Shown: positions 57,386-64,000 of the stretch, in pieces
Layout: each line of letters begins with the position of its first letter
Position numbering within the stretch: the stretch's first letter is position 1
NCBI GenBank assembly: GCA_963795915.1
Contig: CAWCJA010000010.1
Coordinates: 255,049 to 319,048 of the forward strand
Direction of reading: 5' to 3'
Length of the DNA: 64,000 bases
From: an uncultured Actinomycetota bacterium
GTDB lineage: Bacteria; Actinomycetota; Actinomycetes; Actinomycetales; Dermatophilaceae
Position numbers and translations under genes: made by a program
The notes under the pieces: generated by a model
What the model saw: the letters and a program-made list of their open reading frames with translations, nothing else
Told to the model about the DNA's origin: nothing
Databases searched by the model: none

Positions 57386-59457
57386 GCCACGGAGTCCAGG
57401 GGCTCGGAGCCCGGGCTGCTCAGGTCGGCCAGCGACCTCACCTGGCTCTTGACCGCCGCACCCGCCCGGGCCATCTGCTCGGCGACCATGCGCCGTTCGG
57501 CCCACCGCCGCTCGCGGTCGCGCAGGGCGTGCTCGATCCGCAGCATCACCTCGTCGCTCACCGGCAGCCGGTACGCCTCGGACACCATGCGCGGGATGGT
57601 CGCCCGGTAGTCGTGGCCGCGGGCGACGAAGACACCGGGCACGAAGTCGATGGCGTTGATGACATCGACCAGGAGCACGAGGAAGGTCGTGTAGGGCATC
57701 CACAGCGCCGACTCGGGCACTCCGGGCGGGCGCGGTCCCTTCGCGGGGAGCCACGTGGGACGCATGAAGGCCATGCGTGGCGCGAACTTGGTGATGGGGT
57801 CCTCGGGGTTGTTGAGCAGGACGAAGCGGGGCCGGGTGGGCCGTTCGGCGACCGCGGCGTCCCACTCGGCGGCGTTGGCGACCTCGACGACGAAGCCCTG
57901 GGGGTCGTGGCTGCGCGGGTCACGGCGCCACTCCGTCGCCCACGCGCTGCCGGCCGGGGTACCGAGGAACAGGGCCGAGTCCATGCCGACCCGGTCGAAA
58001 CCGGTGGACCCCTCGTGCAGGAAGCAGCTCTGCAGGGTCTGCGCACCGAGGGACTCACCGAACCCGACCAGCCGCGGCCGCTGGTCGACGGGCAGCCCTC
58101 GGATGCGCCAGGCGATCGCGTTGAGCAGGGCGAGGTTCTGCTCCCGCGCCGTCCGCACCCGGTCGAGGGAGAGGTAGGAGGGTCGCAGCGAGTACTGCAG
58201 GGCGACGGTGGCGCAGTCGCCCCGGGTGAGGTACTCGAGGGTCTCGATCGCGACGTAGTTGAGGTAGCCCGTGCCCGTCGGCGAGGCCACGCAGATGACC
58301 GCGCGGTCGAACGCACGGAGCCGCTCCATGTCCTCCATGACCATCGAGACCCGGGCCCCGACGCTCACCGCCGTCTCGAGTCCGGCGAAGCACCGGATGG
58401 GGTCCTTGACGTCCTCGATCGGGGTGCCGGTGGTGTCGGCGATCTGGTTCCGGGGGAGGGACATCGCGACGAACCGCACCCCCTCACGGCTGAGGGTCGT
58501 CCAGTCGATGCCCGAGCTCGACCCCCCGCTGACGAACGCGGACTCGGGCGCCGTCGTGTAGGCCGCGTCGATGGCCGAGCCGCCCGCCTCGGCCCAGCGG
58601 TAGAGCAGCTCGCCCCCCACGCCGAGGGCGGCCACGAAGACGCCGAGGACGACGCTGCGTCCGGCCAGGACCGCATACGGCTCGGTGCCCGGCAGCACGC
58701 GGCTGACGCCGCGCGCCACCTGACGGGCCGCCGCCGCCTCGGTGTCCCCCACGACGTTGAGGACCACCGCGACCCCGAGACCGAGGCCGGCGGAGACGGG
58801 GAACGAGGTCACCCAGCGTTCCGTCCGGCGGTCGGGACGCAGCTCCTCGCCCGTCAGCGGGTCGACCGTGGCCTGCCGCCGGGCGGCGATGACGGGGTCG
58901 TAGCGGCGGAAGCGGCGGATCAGGCCCGTGGCCACCGCGGCCCCGACGAGGAAGCCCGCGGACGGGGCCAGCACGCGGATGACGGGATGCCGTTCCCCGT
59001 AGCGTTGGTCGACCCCCTCCGTCGCGGCGATCGCGAGGGTGGCCACCCCGACCCGGAGCATCCGGACGCCCATCGTGCGCGCCACCCGACGGGAGTACCG
59101 CTGACCCGGATGGTTCGGGATCCCCACGACCACCGCGGCGCCCACCACCGCCGTGCCCGCCGCGACCCCGGCCTCGACCACACGGATGAAGTCGGGGTTG
59201 TCCGAGCGACCGGTCCAGCCGGCGATCAACCGCGCCGTGACGTGATGACGCGCCTGCGCGTTCATCACCAGGCCGTGCTGAAGGGCGGCGGCGACACCGG
59301 TCACGAGCACCTGCTCGCGCCGGCCTCGCGGCATCAGGCCCGGCATGAACGACGCGCCCGCGGTGACGGTGGACAGCAAGGAGGCGGCCCGGGTCGCGGC
59401 GCTGTCGCCCATGAGGACGGTGCCCAGGGTGGCGATCACGGAGCGCACGGGTCTCAT
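57382..59457 (-). CDS. Membrane-anchored alpha/beta hydrolase (COG4425-like)
   Basis: N-terminal TMs, LSREG..FV, PTGTGY, QYSLRPS, FGESLG nucleophile elbow, DPIT, GHDY. Confidence 0.82.
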   Translation of the reverse strand: MRPVRSVIATLGTVLMGDSAATRAASLLSTVTAGASFMPGLMPRGRREQVLVTGVAAALQHGLVMNAQARHHVTARLIAGWTGRSDNPDFIRVVEAGVAAGTAVVGAAVVVGIPNHPGQRYSRRVARTMGVRMLRVGVATLAIAATEGVDQRYGERHPVIRVLAPSAGFLVGAAVATGLIRRFRRYDPVIAARRQATVDPLTGEELRPDRRTERWVTSFPVSAGLGLGVAVVLNVVGDTEAAAARQVARGVSRVLPGTEPYAVLAGRSVVLGVFVAALGVGGELLYRWAEAGGSAIDAAYTTAPESAFVSGGSSSGIDWTTLSREGVRFVAMSLPRNQIADTTGTPIEDVKDPIRCFAGLETAVSVGARVSMVMEDMERLRAFDRAVICVASPTGTGYLNYVAIETLEYLTRGDCATVALQYSLRPSYLSLDRVRTAREQNLALLNAIAWRIRGLPVDQRPRLVGFGESLGAQTLQSCFLHEGSTGFDRVGMDSALFLGTPAGSAWATEWRRDPRSHDPQGFVVEVANAAEWDAAVAERPTRPRFVLLNNPEDPITKFAPRMAFMRPTWLPAKGPRPPGVPESALWMPYTTFLVLLVDVINAIDFVPGVFVARGHDYRATIPRMVSEAYRLPVSDEVMLRIEHALRDRERRWAERRMVAEQMARAGAAVKSQVRSLADLSSPGSEPLDSVA

Positions 59458-59504
59458 GCCCCTAGAGTCTGTCCTACCGGGTCCGCGGGGTGAGTGCCCT
59501 TGGC

Positions 59505-61562
59505 CTACTCCGATGCCCGAGGGGCCATCCGGGCCCCGGCGAGCACCGGGCCGGACGAGAGCGGCATCTCCTCGTCGAGGCCGTCCGCCGCGCCGCTGAA
59601 CTGCGCGGCATACAGGCGGGCGTATGCGCCGGAGCGGGCGAGCAGCTCGTCGTGCGTCCCCTGCTCGACGATGTGGCCCTCCTCCATGACGAGGATGACG
59701 TCGGCGTCGCGGATCGTCGACAGGCGGTGGGCGATGACGAAGCTCGTGCGGTCGCTGCGGAGCGCGGCCATGGCGTGCTGCACGAGCTGCTCGGTGCGGG
59801 TGTCGACCGAGCTCGTGGCCTCGTCGAGGATGAGCAGCTCGGGTGCCGCGAGGAAGGCCCGGGCGATGGTCAGCAGCTGCTTCTCCCCCGCCGAGATGTT
59901 GCCCGCCTCGGAGTCGAGCAGCGTGTCGTAGCCGTCGGGCAGCGAGTGGACGAACCGGTCGACGTAGGTCGCCCGGGCGGCGGCGACGATCTCCTCCTCC
60001 GTGGCGTCCGGGCGGGCGTAGGCGATGTTGTCGCGGATGGTGCCCTGGAACAGCCAGGTGTCCTGCAGCACCATGCCGATCCGGGCCCGCAGGTCGTGGC
60101 GCGACATCGCGGTGATGTCGACGCCGTCGATGGTGATGCGGCCGGCGTCGAGCTCGTAGAAGCGCATGACGAGGTTGACGAGGGTCGTCTTCCCGGCGCC
60201 GGTGGGACCGACGATGGCCACGGTCTGGCCCGGCTCGACGCAGAGGTCGAGGTGCTCGATGAGCGGCGTGTCGGGCGTGTAGGAGAAGCTGACGTCCTCG
60301 AAGGCGACCCGCCCTCCGGACGGGACCGGCGAGCCCTTCGCCACCACGGGGTCGGGCCGCTGCTCCGGCGCGTCGAGCACCTCGAACACCCGCTCGGCCG
60401 AGGCCACTCCGGACTGCAGGAGGTTGGCCATCGAGGCCACCTGGGTCAGGGGCTGCGTGAACTGGCGCGAGTACTGGATGAACGCCTGCACGTCGCCGAG
60501 GGACATCGTGCCGCTGGCGACGCGCAGCCCGCCGATGACGGCGATGACGACGTAGTTGAGGTTCCCGATGAACATCATCGCCGGCATGATGATGCCGCTG
60601 ATGAACTGCGCCCCGAAGGACGCGGAGAACAGCTCGTCGTTCTTCACCTCGAAGTCGCGCTGCGACTCCTTCTGGCGACCGAAGACCTTGACCAGGCCGT
60701 GGCCGGTGAACGTCTCCTCGATGATGCCGTTGAGCTGCCCGGTGTTCTTCCACTGCTGCACGAACAGCTTCTGCGAGCGCTTGGCGATCATCGTCGTCAG
60801 CAGCAGGGAGATGGGGATCGTCACCAGGGCGATGAGGGCCAGGACCCAGGAGATGCTGAACATGAGGCCGACGACGGCCACCACCGTGAGCAGCGAGGTG
60901 AGCAGCTGGCTGAGGGTCTGCTGGAGGCTCTGCTGCACGTTGTCGACGTCGTTGGTGACACGGCTCAGCAGCTCGCCGCGCGGCTGACCGTCGAAGTAGG
61001 GCAACGGGAGTGCGTTGAGCTTGTCCTCCACGTCGGAGCGGAGCGTGTTGGTCGTGCGGGTGACGACGCCGGCGAGGATCCAGCCCGACAGCCACTGCAG
61101 CAGGGCACCGAGGGCGTACAGGCTGAGGACGAGGACGAGGATCTGGCCGAGGTGGGTGACATCGATGCCCTGGCCGGGCACGAGGTTCATCCCCGAGATG
61201 AGGTCGGCCTGCTGCGCGTCGCCCTGGGCCCGCAGACCGGCGACGACCTGCTCCTTGGTGACGCCCGCGGGCAGCCGCTTGCCGATGAACCCCTCGAAGA
61301 TGAGGTTGGTCGCGGTGCCGAGGATCTTGGGTCCGATCGCCGTGAGGGCGACGCCGACCACCGCGAGGACGACGACCACACCGACGTGGGCCCGTTCCGG
61401 ACGGAGCCGCCGCATCAGCCGCTTCGCCGAGGGCAGGAACGTCTGCGACTTCTCACCCGGCATCGCCATGCCCATCGGGCCGCGCTGGCGCTGGGCTCCC
61501 GCGGCGGGGCCGCGGCGTTGCTCGGCCGCCCGCTCCTCCTCGGACTTCACTCCCTCGCTCAT
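59505..61562 (-). CDS. ABC exporter, fused permease/ATPase subunit
   Basis: GPTGAGKTT, ISAGEKQ, LILDEAT, IAHRLSTI. Confidence 0.95.
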   Translation of the reverse strand: MSEGVKSEEERAAEQRRGPAAGAQRQRGPMGMAMPGEKSQTFLPSAKRLMRRLRPERAHVGVVVVLAVVGVALTAIGPKILGTATNLIFEGFIGKRLPAGVTKEQVVAGLRAQGDAQQADLISGMNLVPGQGIDVTHLGQILVLVLSLYALGALLQWLSGWILAGVVTRTTNTLRSDVEDKLNALPLPYFDGQPRGELLSRVTNDVDNVQQSLQQTLSQLLTSLLTVVAVVGLMFSISWVLALIALVTIPISLLLTTMIAKRSQKLFVQQWKNTGQLNGIIEETFTGHGLVKVFGRQKESQRDFEVKNDELFSASFGAQFISGIIMPAMMFIGNLNYVVIAVIGGLRVASGTMSLGDVQAFIQYSRQFTQPLTQVASMANLLQSGVASAERVFEVLDAPEQRPDPVVAKGSPVPSGGRVAFEDVSFSYTPDTPLIEHLDLCVEPGQTVAIVGPTGAGKTTLVNLVMRFYELDAGRITIDGVDITAMSRHDLRARIGMVLQDTWLFQGTIRDNIAYARPDATEEEIVAAARATYVDRFVHSLPDGYDTLLDSEAGNISAGEKQLLTIARAFLAAPELLILDEATSSVDTRTEQLVQHAMAALRSDRTSFVIAHRLSTIRDADVILVMEEGHIVEQGTHDELLARSGAYARLYAAQFSGAADGLDEEMPLSSGPVLAGARMAPRASE

Positions 61563-63292
61563 GCCGCCACCTCCGCGCTGCGCTGGGACTCCACGATCTG
61601 CTGGTAGGTCTCGCACGTCTGCAGCAGCTCGGTATGCGTGCCCTGGCCGACCACCACCCCGTCGTCGAGGACGACGATCCGGTCGGCGTCGATGATCGTC
61701 GACACGCGCTGGGCGACGACGATCACCGTCGCCTCGCGGGTGACCGGACGCAGGGCCTGCCGCAGGCGGGCGTCGGTCGCGAGGTCGAGCGCCGAGAAGG
61801 CGTCGTCGAAGAGGTAGACCTCGGGTCGGCGGACCAGGGCCCGGGCGATGGCCAGCCGCTGACGCTGACCGCCCGACACGTTGGTGCCGCCCTGCGTGAT
61901 CGGGGACTCGAGCCGGTCCGGCATCCGCTCCACGAAGTCCTGCGCCTGGGCGATGCGCAGCGCCTCCCAGAGCTCCTCGTCGGTGGCCTCGGGGTTGCCG
62001 TAGCGCAGGTTGGTGGCCACCGTGCCGGTGAACAGGTAGGGGCGCTGGGGGATGAGCCCGATCCTCGACCAGAGCGTGTCGAGGTCGGCCTCCCGGACCT
62101 GCACCCCGCCCACCGTGAGCGAGCCCCCCGTGATGTCGAACAGCCGCGGGACGAGGTTGACAAGGGTCGTCTTCCCGGCCCCCGTGCTGCCGATGACCGC
62201 GGTCGTCTCACCGGGCTCGGCCCGGAAGCTGACGTCGCACAGCACGGGCGACTCCGCGCCCGGATAGTGGAAGTCGACGTGGTCGAAGACGACGGCTGAC
62301 CCCCGGGCGATCGACCGGACGGGGTGGGTGGGCTCGGCCACCGACGACACCGTGTCGAGCACCTCGGCGATCCGCTCGGACGACACCGACGCCCGCGGGA
62401 TCATCATCGACATGAAGGTCGCCATCATCACGGCGAACAGGATCTGGATGAGGTACGCCATGAATGCGGTGAGCGCACCGACCTGGAGGTCGCCGCTGTC
62501 GACGCGTCCGGCCCCGAACCACAGCACGCCCACGGTCGAGGCGTTGAGGATGATCATGACGATCGGGAAGATGAGCGCCTGGAGCCGCCCGACGCGCAGC
62601 GCCGTCCCGGTGAGGGTGGCGTTGGCCCCCGCGAACCGGTCGGTCTCGTAGTCCTCGCGCACGAAGGCCCGCACGACGCGGATGCCGGTGATCTGCTCCC
62701 GCATGATCCGGTTCACGCTGTCGATCGAGGTCTGCATCAGCCGGAACTGGGGCAGCATCTGCCGGATGACCAGCCCGACCGCGATGGCCAGGACCGGCAC
62801 CGCGACGGCCACGAGCCAGGAGAGGCCGACGTCCTGGCGCAGGGCCATGATGATGCCGCCGATCATGTTGATCGGGGCGGACACCATGATGGCCAGCCCC
62901 ATGAACACGACCATCTGCACCTGGGTCACGTCGTTGGTGTTGCGCGAGATCAGGGTCGGGGCACCGAACCGGGACACCTCCTGCGCCGAGAAGTCACCGA
63001 CCCGGTGGAAGATCGCGGCGCGCAGGTCACGGCCGAGCCCCATCGACGAGCGCGAGGCGAGGTAGACGGCCGCGATCGTCGCGACGATCTGGACGACGCT
63101 GACCGCGAGCATCCAGCCACCGGTGCGGATGATGTAGCCGGTGTCGCCCTTGGCCACGCCCTCGTCGATGATGTCGGCGTTGAGGGTGGGCAGGTAGAGG
63201 GCGCTGAGCGCCCCGATGAGCTGCAGGACGAGGATCACCGTGATCGGGCCCTTGTAGGGCGCGAGGTAGGTGCGGACGAGGCGGACGAGCAT
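61559..63292 (-). CDS. ABC exporter, fused permease/ATPase subunit (heterodimer partner)
   Basis: GSTGAGKTT, VSGGQRQR, degenerate Walker B YLFDD and switch VAQR. Confidence 0.95.
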   Translation of the reverse strand: MLVRLVRTYLAPYKGPITVILVLQLIGALSALYLPTLNADIIDEGVAKGDTGYIIRTGGWMLAVSVVQIVATIAAVYLASRSSMGLGRDLRAAIFHRVGDFSAQEVSRFGAPTLISRNTNDVTQVQMVVFMGLAIMVSAPINMIGGIIMALRQDVGLSWLVAVAVPVLAIAVGLVIRQMLPQFRLMQTSIDSVNRIMREQITGIRVVRAFVREDYETDRFAGANATLTGTALRVGRLQALIFPIVMIILNASTVGVLWFGAGRVDSGDLQVGALTAFMAYLIQILFAVMMATFMSMMIPRASVSSERIAEVLDTVSSVAEPTHPVRSIARGSAVVFDHVDFHYPGAESPVLCDVSFRAEPGETTAVIGSTGAGKTTLVNLVPRLFDITGGSLTVGGVQVREADLDTLWSRIGLIPQRPYLFTGTVATNLRYGNPEATDEELWEALRIAQAQDFVERMPDRLESPITQGGTNVSGGQRQRLAIARALVRRPEVYLFDDAFSALDLATDARLRQALRPVTREATVIVVAQRVSTIIDADRIVVLDDGVVVGQGTHTELLQTCETYQQIVESQRSAEVAA

Positions 63293-64000
63293 CAGCGGTC
63301 CTCAGGGGTTCTCGGGGTGAGTGGAGTGGCGTCGGAGGTCCCGGTCGGGTCGGGTATGCGGACGGTCGGGGCGCCACATCGGCCCTCGCCGCGGGCGGCG
63401 GGGGTGAGGGTGCCGTCGAGGAGGAGGTCGACGATCTCCTGCGGGCGCAGGATCGGGCCGGCCGAGATCTCCGGGTGGCTCGCCGAGAAGGTCAGCAGCC
63501 GCACGTAGCGCACCAGGTCGGCCGGGCTGCAGGTCAGCTGGTCGGCGAACGGCTCGACGAAGGCCTGCATCCGGGTGCCGGGCGGCCCCCAGTCGTTGTC
63601 GCGGCTGAGGTCCTGCTCGTCGAGCGGGACGTGGCCGGTGTCGGGACGGCACCCTCGGTGTTCCTCGACGTGGGCCGGCGGGGCGGTCAGCCCGAGCGCG
63701 CCCATGACCCCGAAGATCTCGCTGAACCGGTTCTGGAGCACGGTCACCACCGCGACCAGACGCCCGCGCAGCGGCAGGTCGGGGTCGATGGCGGCGAACT
63801 GCTCCGCGACGGGAGCGGGGCAGAACGCCTCCTCCACGACCGCGTCGACGAGCCGCTCCTTGGTGTCGAAGGCCCGGAAGACGGTGCCCTCGGCGATGCC
63901 GGCCGCCTCGGCGATCTCCCGCGTGGTCGGCATCGTGCCCCGCTCCCGGATGAGGGCGAGGGCCGAGCGCACGATCGACACCCGGCGCTCGGTCGGGGGC
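63292..64000 (-). CDS. TetR-family regulator (5-prime end probably outside the window)
   Basis: TTREIAEAAGIAEGTVFRAFDTKERL HTH; frame is open to the window edge; TGATG coupling to the ABC gene. Confidence 0.88.
   Translation of the reverse strand, partial: PPTERRVSIVRSALALIRERGTMPTTREIAEAAGIAEGTVFRAFDTKERLVDAVVEEAFCPAPVAEQFAAIDPDLPLRGRLVAVVTVLQNRFSEIFGVMGALGLTAPPAHVEEHRGCRPDTGHVPLDEQDLSRDNDWGPPGTRMQAFVEPFADQLTCSPADLVRYVRLLTFSASHPEISAGPILRPQEIVDLLLDGTLTPAARGEGRCGAPTVRIPDPTGTSDATPLTPRTPEDR

Noticed and set aside
57382-61095. 1237-aa minus-strand ORF as one giant protein
   Set aside because: Only the part from 59457 down is a real hydrolase; the upstream part is an alternative frame of the ABC gene.

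Overview
High-GC (about 73% by eye) actinobacterial chromosome segment. The gene order and style suggest Micrococcales, possibly Intrasporangiaceae-like (inference only). It carries the conserved backbone clpC1 - lsr2 - lysS - nadC/nadB - DUF2520 - nuoD-like - folK/folB/folP/folE - ftsH - hpt - tilS - dacB - ppa - NlpC/P60 - tRNA-Thr(CGT) - holB - tmk - topA, mostly on the minus strand. Accessory blocks between these genes include a split NHEJ set (Ku, LigD ligase, LigD polymerase, with Nei fused end-to-start to Ku), an ECF42-type sigma/DGPF operon, a P450, a Tat-peptide/DUF4331/His-rich operon, a TipA-like regulator, a frameshifted SGNH hydrolase and an ABC/MFS transport block. No integrase, transposase, CRISPR array or rRNA was seen. 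The main non-standard signals are: (1) the hexamer GTATGC/GCATAC occurs 58 times by manual count versus roughly 15 expected, and is reached through several different rare synonymous codons; (2) a 24-bp tandem array upstream of clpC1 in which all 8 units carry a perfect ClgR-type operator (GTTCGC-N5-GCG), next to a SigH/SigR-type promoter; (3) a DUF559/AbiEi-type gene bracketed by two homologous 46-bp hairpins in inverted orientation; (4) a stand-alone NuoD with an altered quinone-site residue next to a MidA-type methyltransferase. Start codons were picked by eye, all counts are manual, and family and consensus assignments come from recalled motifs, not database searches.
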